Origin: the human T2T-CHM13v2.0 reference genome, Homo sapiens
Assembly (NCBI RefSeq): GCF_009914755.1
Contig: NC_060925.1
Reading direction: 5' to 3' (one strand)
DNA length: 64,000 bases
A program made the position numbers and the translations under genes. Each line of letters opens with the position of its first letter. The stretch's first letter is position 1. Below are positions 32,740 through 48,509 of the stretch, in pieces. The notes under the pieces are model-generated. The model ran no database searches, had not been told where the DNA came from, and saw only the letters and a list, made by a program, of their open reading frames with translations.

Positions 32740-33800
32740 ACACCTTGTGTAATGCCTATTTTAAGTAGCTGGAAGATTCTATAGCATGGGAAAAGCCCAC
32801 TGAAGGCAAAAGTAAACATTACCTATTGTGGTCCTGGAAAAGAAAATCATCTCTCATTTATCTCCTGGAGCTGTTTGATGAACTTGGTAAATATATGAAC
32901 GTGGAAAGCCAATGGGTATACTTTTGTAAAAATCTTTGACACTTTTGTCAATTTTCTAGAAGATGTTTTAGAGCTTATTAAGCATAGAATGAACAAGGGA
33001 AAACAGCTTCATTAATATTGTCTTTAAGCCAGTACCTTACACTTATACCTTATATATACTCATATAAGACATATAAAGTACCTCATACAAGAAACAAAAA
33101 GTAGATTTTAAAAAACGCTTTTCCTGTATGTTACGTCAATAACAGAGAAACCTCCAGGATATTAATTTGGGAATGTATCTAATATCATTTTTAAGAGATT
33201 ATTTTGAAAATGGCATACAATGAAGGCAGGTGGAGCTAAACCATTCCACGTAGTAATACACCAAGCTGACGTGAGTAAATTACAGGCTATGAGACTGAGC
33301 AGATATCTAGCCTGTGAATTTCCATGTGAGCTTGTACAGGAAATGCATTCAAAGAAAGAAAAATAAATACACATGATACCTATATGATGATGGGTTCACT
33401 ATCAGTTACAATTTGTAATAGGGTTGTTGGGACCCTTGCATTCATTTTCTGCAATATCTGCTCCACATGCTGATATTGTGGCCAAAAGACCAGCAATTAC
33501 CTGGACATGATCAGAAAGGAGGCTGGGAATGTACAGACATTATTATCATTCTGTATACAAAACCATGATGTGGCTGCAGCTAGAATGCTCCCTGTAATCT
33601 CAATGCATACTGCAAGAGATATTGTGTGACAGTGCTGAAGAAATTCCAGAGAAAAACATGGAAATAAAGAAAAGGAATTAGCTTGGACTAACCTAAACTA
33701 ACAGTTTGTCTATAAACATGAAGGTGACAGGGATTTAGCAAAAAACATGCAATGTGAAAGGGACAAATATTGAAATATAGAAGTAGGTTTCCTCTCACAC
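32740..33800 (+). mobile_element. Very old CR1/L3-like remnant
   Basis: Faint CR1 RT-like text (GATATTGTGGCCAAAAGACC, GCAGCTAGAATGCTCC, GAAGAAATTCCAGAGAAAAAC). Confidence 0.4.
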
Positions 33801-35199
33801 ACTAATTTTTAAACTTGAATGAGAGCATTTCAAGGAAATAAAAGCATTAGCTCTGTCTCTGCTACTAACTAGCTAATTGACCTTGAGTAGTTTCTTTAAG
33901 CTCTCTGGACTTCACTTTCTTCATCTCTCAGATAAAGGGATTGGAATAGATTAAGTCAAATCCAATGCATCAAGGTTTTATTGAGCAACTACTATGAAAA
34001 TACTGAGAGCTAGAAAACTATATGACACTTGGCCTGTGCCATTTAAAAGCTTACACCCTTTTCATAGGAATAGGATGTATTCTAATTGCTGCATTAATAC
34101 AGATTAGGATGTATTAAACATCACCCAGAGGTACTACATGCTGACATGAAAACCTGGGGGAGAACGATTGCCTAATAAAGTGATCTCTAAAGTCCAGGAC
34201 CATGAAGGCAACAGACAAGTCTTTGTTTTTATTTGCAATACCAAACTCAGTGACTGCTTCTTAGAAGGAACTTGATAAATAACTGTTGATCATAGAATGT
34301 AGCGTCTAAAATAAAATTTGAGAGATGAGTAAGATTGTTTTTCTGTCAAAGATGAATTTGAGAAAATCACTTACGTTTAAGGGATTTACATAGAAAAATA
34401 TTTAGATGCAAGGACGTGTAAAGTATTTCTAGAAGGAAGAATGGCATGATTTGCCTGTAGTATAAGGTATTGTGACAGAATTAGAGGCTGGTGTTGAAAA
34501 AAATAGGATGGGAACACATAAAAGAGGTACTTTAATTCCAAGGGCACACATTTATATCTGAATCCATTTAATGATTCTAACCAAAAGATCAAAATTGATT
34601 AATATCTAGTTTTTTGAAGATTTTTTTGAAGATGGTTTAGAAGAGTTGAGACTAAGAGTCTATTTAAATAGCAAAGTTAGTGCTTCGTAATCCCAAAATT
34701 AGTGTTGTGGAATTTATTTATTTAATTTATTCATTCATTAATTCACCAGGGATTGAATGATAGCCTCCTATGTATTAATCACCATGCTAAGGGTTGAGGA
34801 CTCAGATATGAATGAGAAGTGGTTGTTGACTTTAAGGATCTCAAAATGCATAGACTTGTAGTGAACAAGTTTTATTGTTACCTATGTAACATCTATTCTC
34901 CTTTTCATTCTCAACAGTGCCCTGGTTTTACTTTGGGAGCCACCTTTCTCTTTCAGGTGCTGTCTCAGTGGAATAGTCAACCAATGTATCCTACATTTTG
35001 GACCAGCAGAAGGAAGTAATGAGAACAGAAAACAAATAAGAAGTGAGTTGGAGGGAGAAGGAGACTTTAGCATCTTCCTGAAATCAGGAAGAAAGTTTCA
35101 AGAATAAAGTAATCCATAGGGTCAAATACTGCAGTAAGTTTAATTAGGATGAAGACTGCAAAGATGGTATTAGTTTGGTACTTAGGACATTGGTGACCT

Positions 35200-35380
35200 C
35201 CACAGGTGACTTTCAGGAGAATTATCTGGGGAACTTGTTGATAGAATTTGTGAATCTCCACCTTTAGGGATTCTGATTTAGAAGGAGTAGGAAGAAGGCC
35301 TTAGGATCTCCATTTATAACAACCACTACTGATTATTTTGAGGCAGGTAGCATACAGACCACATTTGAAAGAAACACTAG
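35200..35380. mobile_element. MER5-like hAT MITE
   Basis: GATTCTGATTTAGAAGG...CAGACCACATTTGAAAGAAACACTAG. Confidence 0.5.
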
Positions 35381-35545
35381 GTAAGTGTGATTTTCATTCA
35401 AAGGACAAAAAACATAAAGTTACCTAATTCAGGGACCATTTCAAAGACCAAATCAAATCAGTAGCCTGGCTGATCTGATCGACTGCGCAGAAACTAGCCA
35501 TTACCATGGCAAAGTGGGGAGGAACAGTCAATAAAAAGCAATTGA

Positions 35546-35869
<324 letters not shown>

Positions 35870-37320
35870 TCATATGTAAGATGAATGTAGACATGGATTT
35901 TCTTTCAAGTGATTTGGATGAAAAATAAAAGCTGTCTAAGCTCAAAGGAAATGTATGTTTTTATTTTTTTTTAAATAACTTGATTTCCATTACTGTTTTA
36001 ATAAAATGGGCATAAAACATAGAGCATATATTATATCTCAGGTCTTTCTTCTGCCACATCCTTGATCGTACTGCTCCCCCACTAAGAAGAGTTGGAGAAA
36101 GATTGATTAATTCCTTATTTTCATTGTTGCCACACTCCCCTGCATATCTTGATTGCTGTTGGGACTGGAACTAAGAAAATGACACCAGAACAAATGTTGT
36201 TGGGGCGTTTCCAACCCATTAGAATTAGTAAATATTTGAAATCTTGCTTGACAGCTGGTTCTCGGGAGATAGCATCTCCCCTTCCGGATTTAACTAAAAA
36301 AGTAATTTTTTTTTTTTTACTCATACAGAGACCTCATGCTTTCAGTGTTTGAGCATTAAGATTGATTCATTGAGGTGGAAATTTTCAGGAGTTCAGGTTA
36401 TCTGGGAACACCTCATTAGACAGAACAAAATCCTTATAATCTCAGATACTAGAAGACCTCAGTTCTAGGCCCTGCTCTGCCCTGAATATAACATGTAATC
36501 TGGGAAAGAGTTTTAGCACTTCTGCTATCATAGGTGATTCTAGACTAGAAAATGTTAGTGCTAGATAGAACCTAAGAGATTAGATTATTTGGCCCACTCG
36601 TTTTGTTTTAAAGTTGAGAAAACAAAGGGGCTGACCGGGGAAATGACTTCCCCAAGGTCAGTTGGTTGATAGTGGCTCTTGCCAAAGCTGAAACCTAAGC
36701 ACTCTGGCTTCCCAATTTTATCTTTTTTCCACTGAACCTTATAGCTTTAGGGTATGCACCAGGAAGGCACAGAAATTTCCATTTTAGAAATGAGGAAATT
36801 CCCTCAAGGCAATTATCAATTTTCCCAGCATCACATGTTGAAATGGGAGAAGTTCCCTTGTCCCCTGCACAGGGTGTGCGACAGGGGGAGTGGCTCCCTT
36901 CTTCAGTGCCCCACTGCTCAAACCTCTAGGGGGAGCATACAGATGGGCAGGTGGTGGGGCTCTGACCACAGAGCAGTGTCTAGGAGTGAATGTTTACAGC
37001 AGAAGCCCGGTGGGCGTGTGTTTCAGTATGTACTTTTAGTTTTGCCGTCTACAGGTGGCTTGTGTTAATCAGCTCAGTTAGACCCTCTGCCTTATTGCAA
37101 GGACAGAAGACTTCCTGTATCTCAGGTTCTTGCCTTGGTGTACCAGAAAAAATGGGATCACACATGGGCTTAGAGAATGGGTGCAAGGTTTTATTGAATG
37201 GTGGAAGTTCCTCTCAGCAGATGGATGGGGAGCCAGAAGGGGGATGGAGTGGGAAGGTGATTTTCCCCTGGAGTCAGGCCGCTCAGTGGCCAGACTGTCT
37301 TCCACCTGCCCTGCCCATAT

Positions 37321-38337
37321 TCTTACACTACCAAAGCCATCAAAATGGGAAGGAGAGGGGAGAACAGCAGCATAAGCAGTTGGCAGAGGTAGGGAAAGAC
37401 CAGCAAGAAGGAAAGAGAGAAAGAGAAAGAGACAGAGAGAGGAAGAGACAGAGAGACAGAAAGTCAAAGAGGGAGTCAGAAACAGAGAAGAGGGAGTCAG
37501 AAACAGAGACAAAGAAAAGGAGTCAGAGAGAAAGAGGGACAGACACAGAAAGTCAAAGAGAGTTAAAAAGAGAGGAAGAGACAAAGAAGAAGTCAAAGAG
37601 AGAAAGAGAGAGATGGAAGTAGTAAAGAAAAAACAGTGTACCCTATTCCTTTAAAAGCCAGGGTAAATTTCTATCTACCCAGCCAAGGCATATTCTACTT
37701 ATGTGGATCTTCAACTCATATCTGCCTCTCAAACTGTTTGCAAGAAATAACGAAATCTATGCTAACTTTACAATCCCAAATAGACTCTTTGGCAGCAGTG
37801 ACTCTCCAAAACCGCCGAGGCCTAGACCTCCTCACTGCTGAGAAAGGAGGACTCTGTACCTTCTTAGGGGAAGAGTGTTGTTTTTACACTAACCAGTCAG
37901 GGATAGTACGAGATGCCGCCCAGCATTTACAGGAAAAGGCTTCTGAAATCAGACAACGCCTTTCAAATTCTTATACCAACCTTTGGCGTTGGGCAACATG
38001 GCTTCTCCCCTTTCTAGGTCCCATGGGAGCCATCTTGCTGTTTCTTGCCTTTGGGCCCTGTATTTTTAGCCTTCTTGTCAAATTTGTTTCCTCTAGAATT
38101 GAGGCCATCAAGCTACAGATGGTCTTACAAATGGAACCCCAAATGAGTTCAACTAACAACTTCTACTGAGGACCCCTGGACCGACCCGCTGGCACTTCCC
38201 CTGGCCTAGAGAGTTCCCCTCTGAATGACATTACAACTGCAGGGCCCCTACTTCACCCCTATCCTGCAGGAAGTAGCTAGAGCGGTCATTGGCCAAATTC
38301 CCAACAGCAGTTGGGGTGTCCTCTTTAGAGGAGGGAT
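37321..38337 (+). mobile_element. HERV9 internal remnant (pol RNase H scrap, GA-rich tract, env TM, PPT)
   Basis: LHYQSHQNGKERGEQQHK, GA low-complexity tract 37405-37635, env TM, polypurine tract AGAGGAGGGA abutting the LTR. Confidence 0.85.
37636..38169 (+). pseudogene. env: ERV9 env transmembrane-subunit fragment, open frame
   Basis: Immunosuppressive domain LQNRRGLDLLTAEKGGL, CX6CC motif CTFLGEECC, hydrophobic anchor WLLPFLGPMGAILLFLAFGPCIF. Confidence 0.9.
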
Positions 38338-39760
38338 TGAGAGGTGACAGCCTGCTGGCAGTCCTCACAGCCCTCGCTTGCTCTCGGCGCCTCCTCTGCC
38401 TGGGCTCCCACTTTGGTGGCACTTGAGGAGCCCTTCAGCCCACTGCTGCAATGTGGGAGCCCCTTTCTGGGCTGGCCAAGGCCAGAGCCGGCTCCCTCAG
38501 CTTGCAGGGAGGTGTGGAGGGAGAGGCGCGAGCGAGAACCGGGGCTGCGTACTGCTTGCGGGCCAGCTGGAGTTCTGGGTGGGCGTGGGCTTGGCAGCCC
38601 TGCACTCGGAACAGCCGGCTGGCCCTGCTGGCCCCGGGCAATGAGGGGCTTAGCACCCGGAACAGCAGCTGCGGAGGGTGTACTGGGTCCCCCAGCAGTG
38701 CCAGCCCACCGGCATTGCGTTTGATTTCTCACCAGGCCTTAGCTGCCTTCCCGCGGGGCAGGGCTCCGGACCTGCAGCCCGCCATGCCTGAGCCTCCCAC
38801 CCCCTCCATGGGCTCCTGTGCAGCCCCAGCCTCCCTGAGGAGCACCACCCCCTGCTCCAGGGTGCCCAGTCCCATCGACCACCCAAGGGCTGAGGAGTGT
38901 GGGCGCACGGCGGGGGACTGGCAGGCAGCTCCACCGGCAGCCCCGGTGCGGGATCCACTGGGTGAAGCCAGCTGGGCTCCTGAGTCTCGTAGGGACATGG
39001 AGAACTTATGTCTAGCTCAGGGATTGTAAATACACCAATCGGCACTCTGTATCTCGCTCAAGGTTTGTAAACACACCAATCAGCACCCTGTGTCTAGCTC
39101 AGGGTTTGTGAATGCACCAATTGACACTCTGTATCTAGCTACTCTGGTGGGGCCTTGGAGAACCTTTGTGTAGATACTCTGTATCTAACTAATCTGGTGG
39201 GGACATGGAGAACCTTTGTGTCTAGCTCAGGGATTGTAAAGGCACCAATCAGCGCCCTGTCAAAACAGACCACTTGGCTCTACCAATCAGCAAGACGTGG
39301 GTGGGGCCAGACGAGAATAAAAGCAGGCTGCCCGAGCCAGCAGTGGCAACCCACTCGAGTCCCCTTCCACACTGTGGAAGCTTTGTTCTTTCGCTCTTTG
39401 CAATAAATCTTGCTACTGCTCACTCTTTGGGTCCACACTGCTTTTATGAGCTGTAACACTCACCGGGAAGGTCTGCAGCTTCACTCCTGAAGCCAGTGAG
39501 ACCACGAGCCCACCGGGAGGAACGAACAACTCCAGACGCGCCACCTTAAGAGCTGTAACACTCACCATGAAGGTCTGCAGCTTCACTCCTGAGCCAGTGA
39601 GACCACGAACCCACCAGAAGGAAGAAACTCCGAACACATCCGAACATCAGAAGGAACAAACTCCAGACGCGCCACCTTAAGAGCTGTAACACTCACCGCG
39701 AGGGTCCGCGGCTTCATTCTTGAAGTCAGTGAGACCAAGAACCCACCAATTCCGGACACA
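38338..39760 (+). mobile_element. LTR12C (ERV9 3' LTR), complete U3-R-U5
   Basis: TGAGAGGTGACAGC start, CCAATTCCGGACACA end, GC-rich U3, ~41-bp CCAAT repeats, U5 repeats. Confidence 0.95.
39005..39410 (+). promoter_or_regulatory. LTR12C enhancer/promoter core
   Basis: CCAAT at 39035, 39076, 39117, 39245, 39283; several TATCT (GATA) sites; TATA-like AATAAA 39316-39321; poly(A) signal 39402-39407. Confidence 0.75.
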
Positions 39761-41280
39761 AGATTCCCCTCAGCATCCACATCATTCTGCCGATCGATGG
39801 CCTGCTGGTATCTGCTGGTGCCTGTTGGTGTGCTCTTCAGCTCCTCTACATGTCCAGCTGCTCATTTGTCAGTGTGTTCCCCTCAACGTTCAGCTGCTTT
39901 TGTCTCTGCCTGCTAGGGTCTCAGGGGTTTTTATAGGCACAGGATGGGGGTGTGGTGGGCCAGGGTGGTCTTGGAAAATGCAACATTTAGGCACAAAAAC
40001 AGAAATGCCTGTTCTCACCTAGGTCCGTGGACACAGGCCTGGGGTTGGAGCCCTAGCCAGGGACCAGCCCTTCTCTACCCAGCACTTCCCTGCCCCCTTC
40101 CCACATCAATATCTCATACTAATAGCAATGCAAAATTACATACTAATATTCTGCTAATAGAGTATTGCCAAACATTTGAGGTATTTTTCTTCAATATTCC
40201 CAGGCCAGCGTTCATTTATTTACTACCCAGCAGATAGAAAAGAAATCTACCATCTTTGGATGGCACATTTAATGATCTCAACATTTTGGAATGATAAAAC
40301 CACAACCGAAACCACTATCTTCTAACATCCAGCCTAATGTTTTATCCACAATAACACACATTATGTTCCCTGAAGTGATTTAACCAAGGAGAAGCTTTGG
40401 ATTGTGACATAGAAGTCACATCATGGAGTCTAGCCATTATGTCTGCCCTTTCTTACCACTCCTGCAAAGAAAGCCTTTCGAAATGATCAGTGAAATAATT
40501 TGTTTTTAATTCAAAGAAGCATTTCTTGCCTATATTGAGGTCTCTGGGTTGTGTTTTATTTCTTCTAGAAGAAAAGTTTCCAAGTGGGGCTGTTCCTCCA
40601 TATTTGGCTAAAATTTCCCTCTTAGGGCCATGTCTCTGTGGACACATTAATAGAAAGAGCACTAGTGGACTTGTATGGGATTTGCAAATGCATCCAGAAC
40701 ACTGGATAAATTTATACAAGAAAACACGATGGAGCCTGGTGACAAGAGAAGGAAAAGAAGAGATGGGCAGGTCCCAGAATTCAGAAGCCTCCACAGTTAA
40801 GAGTCCTCTGTCTAATAGTATTTGTTTGCTCCACGGCTTAAGCTTTGGTGAAGGAATATAAATAAAGGACTAAATAATTGGACAGAGCTAGTCCTGAGAA
40901 AATTAGTAGAAAACATGAAATAATCTGTCACCATAGTCAGTAAAATTTGAGGGACACTTTGAAAGTCTTCTGAACTACCTACAGCTGTAGTTCTCAAACC
41001 TCTTAGTCTCAAGGCCCCTTTGTTAGCTCCAAACAAAAAAATGAGTGAGAAAAGTTACGTTGTTTTTGGCAAATCTTTTTTACTTATGGCTTAATAAAAA
41101 ACAGCTATGTTATCAAATATTCTTCTGCAATCAATCTATTGTGATACATTGTTCTGGTTGAAGTATATAAGAAAACCCAGGCTTATCCAGATATGTAGTT
41201 GGAAAAGGGAATATTTTAATAGCTATTTTATATAATTGTGTATATTCATCTTTGACATTACACCAAAACTGAACAAATAG

Positions 41281-41615
<335 letters not shown>

Positions 41616-41957
41616 AAAACTGAACAAATAATTTCTTGAAGATTTATTGCAATGTGGAATCTGAAACTGTATTAATTTTTTACGCTTTGCTACATCAAAA
41701 TCCTTTGGTCTATTTTGTACATCAAATGGATCTTTTACTCACATGACTCACATATGATTTGTAGCACCATGTATTGGTGATACGGAAAATATTGGTTCCT
41801 TGAATTGTTTAGATCTTCCAAATGTTGACATATTTCATTGTCCAATATTGAAAACATCTCATTTATTAATGTCATTACCAATCTCATCCAAAAAATGTCA
41901 TTAACTATTGGGAAACTGTCAAGTTTATGGCACCAGATACAGTTTTCCAGAATTCTA

Positions 41958-42356
<399 letters not shown>

Positions 42357-42910
42357 TCATTCTTAAAGAAATGTCTGCCAAATATCCAAGTCTCAATAAT
42401 CATTGCTTGTTGGTCAGTAGCTCATTCTAGTATAAATAATGGCACATGAAAAGAGCAAGTAACTCAGCTCCCAATTTATACAATTGCACAATTGCTTGGC
42501 CTGAGACAGTCATCATACTTTGCTATGCATTTATGTGTTTCATACGTACTTTCCATGTTGTCAAACTATTAAAAATATATTAATTCTAGGCTCAAGATTT
42601 AGTAAAATTAGAAATTTTGCTTCTTCATCAAGAACATTTTAATATTAAACAGGTTTCCACTTTCTACGTTTCCTCCATCCTTCTTTCACTCCTTCCTTTT
42701 CTTCTTCTTTTATACCTTTCTCCCTCCCTTCTTTCTTCCCATCTTCTGTGAGTGGGAAGTGAGAAAGAATGCAATGACTGCCAGTGCAGCTTGGAGGCAT
42801 TGCCTTGATGTAAGGCACCAACAGTTGACCCACAATTTCTCTGTAACATCATTGCAAACATCAAGACAGTGAAATATAATGCTTTTTATCATTATGAAAA
42901 TAGTTTTGAC

Positions 42911-44651
<1,741 letters not shown>

Positions 44652-44789
44652 AAAACAATTTTGACCTCATAAACCCTCTAAAAGTGTCTCAGAGACTCAA
44701 GAGTTCCTTAGACCACACTTTGAGAACTGCTAACCTATACTGTCTACTTTTAAAATATTCCCTTGGCAAATGCATCAGAATCACTTGTT

Positions 44790-46315
44790 ATTTTTTAAAT
44801 GACAAATAAAAATTTTAAATATTTATGGTATATAACATATTCTGACATATATATATACATGGTGGACTAGCTAAATCAAGCTAATTAACATATAAATTTG
44901 CATGTGAGCATTACCTCACATGCATCACTTTTTGTGTTGAGAACGCTTGAGATCTACTCTCTTGGCTATTTTCAAGTATCCAATATTTTGTTATTAACTA
45001 TAGTCACCTAATGTACAACAGATCTCTTGAACTTATTTCTCTTAATTGAAGTTTTGTATCCTTTGGCTAATATCTGCCTAATCGCCTCTACCCCCAGCCT
45101 CTGGTAACCACCGTTCTACTCTCTACTTCTATGAGTTTGACTTTTTAGGAGTCCACATATAAAAGTGATCACATAGTATTTATCTTTCTGTGCCTGGCTT
45201 ACTTCACATAATATAGTGTCCTCCAAATTCATCATATTGTCAGTTATGACAGAATTTCCTTCTTTTTTAAGGGTGAATACTATTTCATTGTGTATATATA
45301 CCACATTTTCTGTATTCATTCCAATGGACACAGCTTAATTCCATATCTTGGCTATTGTGAATAGTGCTACAATGAACATGGGTGTGCAGATATCTTTTTA
45401 ACATATTAATTTCATTTCCTTTGGATATGTACCAAGTAGTGGGATCGCTGGATCATATGGTAATTCTATTTTTAATTTTTTGGGGAAACCTCCATTCTGT
45501 TTTCCATATTAACTGTCACTCATTTACATTCCCACCAATAGTGTGCAAAGGATCCCTTTCCTCCTCATCCTTACCAACACTTGTTATCTTTCCTCTTTTT
45601 GATAACAGTCATTCTATCAGGTGTGAGGTGATATACCATTGTGGTTTTGATTTGCATTTCCCTGATGATTAGTGACATTGATAATCTTTTAATATACCTG
45701 TTGGCCATTTGTATGTCTTCTTTTGAAAAATGTCTATTCTGGTTTTTGCCCATTTTAATTTAATTGTGTGTTCTTGGCATCTCTGCTATAACTCTATTGA
45801 CCATAAATGCATGGATTTATTTCTAGGCTCTCTATTCTTTTCCATTGGTCTGTGTGTCTGTTTCTATGTCAATACCATGCTACTTTGATTACTATAGCTT
45901 TGTAGTATATTTTTAATCAGGTAGTGTGATGTCTCCAGTTTTGCTCTTTTTGTTCAAAATTCCTTTGGCTATTCAGGGTCTTTTGTGGGTTCATACAAAT
46001 CTTAGGATTTTTTTTTTTTTCTGTTTCTGTGACAGTGTCTTTGGAATTTTTATAGGAATTGCACTGAACCCACAGATCCCTTCAGGTAGTATAGCCATTT
46101 TAAAAATATGAATTCTTCCAATCCATGAACATGGATATTTTTTCCTTTACTTGTGTCTTCTTCCAGTTCTTTCATCAATGTTTTATAGTTTTCAATGTAC
46201 AGATATTTCACCTCTTTGGTTAAATCTATTCCTAAGTCTTATTTTATTGCAGCTATTGTAAATGGAATTGCTTTCTTAATTTCTTTTTCATTGTTAGTTT
46301 ATAGAAACATTACTG
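44790..46315 (-). mobile_element. L1MA 3' fragment
   Basis: GCTAAATCAAGCTAATTAACATAT 3'UTR signature and antisense ORF2 text. Confidence 0.85.
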
Positions 46316-48509
46316 AGCACCTGAGCAAACCCTACTTACCTTAAACAATTTAATTGCTGTCTTTAGACAGCTTGTTTCATCCTTAGCTTCCATTCTCAAC
46401 TCCATTTTCCTATGCCCTCAGCACACAGTCCATGTGCAAAGACATATTTCTCTTTTTTTCTTTCCACATCATATAATCTACAAAGGAGATGAGCATGCAT
46501 GGATTGAAAAAAAAAAGGATGCTTTGTTCAGCTTTGAAGGCACTAACTAGAACTTGGGTAACATGTATGGAATAATTAAAGCTGCTATGATCTTTTATGC
46601 TCCAAAAGCCTTTTACATTCATGTCATCTTTGGTCAACAGCTTTACAGTTCTAACAAGCAATTTTCGCAAAGCACTATTAAAGGCCGTAAACTATCTTCT
46701 TCTAATTCTCCTTAAAAAATTTCTTAAGTTGCTCTGAGTTGAGAAGGGATGGGGACAATGTATCTTTAAATAATAAAGAAACAATTTTAATTTTCTCATA
46801 AACATCATCCCCTCTGCTGGCTGCTACAAACTTTAACAGCCCAGCAGCCAGAGAAGCAAGTAGGGCAAACAATACAAGAAGAGTCATTATCGTAACTAAA
46901 TTAGACCGTTTGTTTTCTTTCCCTCAAATCAAATTGTGTAGGAGCTGCTTTATTGCAAAACAGACATTAAAATTCCAGCAAGACCTCAGAGAGAAAGTAA
47001 TTTCTATTTTATCAGTGCTGTAAAGCTGTCTTTATGTTCTGAAGCAGGAAATATTGCAAGGATATTTATAGCTTCAGCTCCAAAGCCAGTTTGAATAGAA
47101 ATGTTACCGCGGTCGCTGGAGCTGTCATACTGCTCGGTGGAGCAGGGAATTTTAGTGAATTTGTGAATTACTGTTCTGGTCTTGACAAGTCTCTCAGTGA
47201 AGCTGGTGTGTGTGTCTGGAGCCGTTTGGTGTTTTGGGAGATAATGATTAAAGACTTGGATTAAGGAAAGATTTAAATGATATTCTACAGCTAATCAGTT
47301 TTGCTCGTCAAGTCCTCCTGGAATAAAGGCAAGGTTTCCAAACTTTGCCATCCTTAGCAATTGGTGACCCAGCAGGAAGCATTCTCCAGCCCTCTTCACC
47401 TTCCTTCTCCCTTGCAGCCCTCCCCTTTCTGTCCTTGACCTTCCCATCTTGGTGTCCCTACTCCTCTTCTGTCTGAACTGCTTACCAAGATTTGACAGTT
47501 ATTTACCATCCTGCTCCTCCTCTGGGGTCTGAGGAAATGATTCATTTTTGTATCTTGCATTTATTTTAACCTTCTGGTGAAATGCTCCAGGATTCTACAA
47601 ACATTATCCTCACTGTCAAAGTGGAAAAAGCTTTCTTTGTTTCACATGGGGAAGAACTGAAGTCTAGACATGGGAAGACTGAGGTCACCCAGAGCTTCAG
47701 CAGAACAGATGGGATGTGCATCAAGTTCTCTCATTTTAGTTCGATTTTTAGTTCACCATTGCCATTTCCGTATCACGCCAGCAAAAACAGAAATTTCGTG
47801 ACTGAGGTGTAAATAGACAACCATTTGAACTAATTTATCTGAAAGTGGGGCAATGAATAAAGCCTTTTAATAGCTCCAGGGCCACCCCAGGCTAGGAGGG
47901 AAGACAGAGCTATCCTGTGCATGGGCATATTATTGCTCTGAAAGCCAGCGGCAATGGGGGTGGGGAATGGCTCTTCACAACTCTACCAGTCTTGGGATGA
48001 AAGAGACCATGGAAGTGTGCAGTGGTCTTTTTAATATAGCTGCTCAAAACTAATCAAAAGGGCTTTGCTTTCTGTTTGTGGGTCAAGGGTTTGATTTACA
48101 GCACACTGCTCATTGCCTGACCACTCAGGTCAATAGCAGAGTTTAATTCCCGGTTAGGCAATCTGTAGTGAGGTTTTTCCCCAGAATCACATCCGAGAGA
48201 ATCCTTTTGCTTTATGGGACAAAGAACTTACCCTCTGCTCAGAACCTGCTGTTTCGGTGAGAGATGAAGATGCTTTTTAAATCTCCCTAAGCTTATATAG
48301 AAATAACAGGCCTTGTCTTAGGGAATGTCCAGCTGTGGAGACTTGGTCATTCTTACCAAATTTTTCAATGCACCTGCATCCTTGACTTGCCATTGAACCA
48401 GAGAACATAAGGGCTAAAAATGACTCTAGAGGCCCTCTAAGACAATCCACCATTTAAAGGCAGATTAGAACTCAGGTCTTTTGTGCTCAGGGCCAGTTAT
48501 CTTTCCTCT

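Larger units (their letters stand above)
36839..40108 (-). mobile_element. MER52-type LTR split by HERV9/LTR12C (parts 36839-37320 and 39761-40108)
   Basis: TGAAATGGGAGAAGTTCCCTTGTCCCC start and CCCCCTTCCCACATCA end; flanks ATGT/ATAT resemble a decayed 4-bp TSD. Confidence 0.8.

Noticed and set aside
36990-37622. 210-aa charged ORF
   Set aside because: Non-functional chimera of antisense MER52, a pol scrap and a GA low-complexity tract
38231-39045. Dense overlapping ORFs and possible CpG-island gene promoter
   Set aside because: GC-rich LTR12C U3, where stop codons are naturally rare
37321-39760. L1-mediated processed ERV retrocopy or syncytin gene
   Set aside because: U5 retained, no poly(A) or long TSD; env lacks signal peptide, SU and fusion peptide
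47100-47145. REST/RE1-like site
   Set aside because: Needs an insertion in one half-site and the other half is missing
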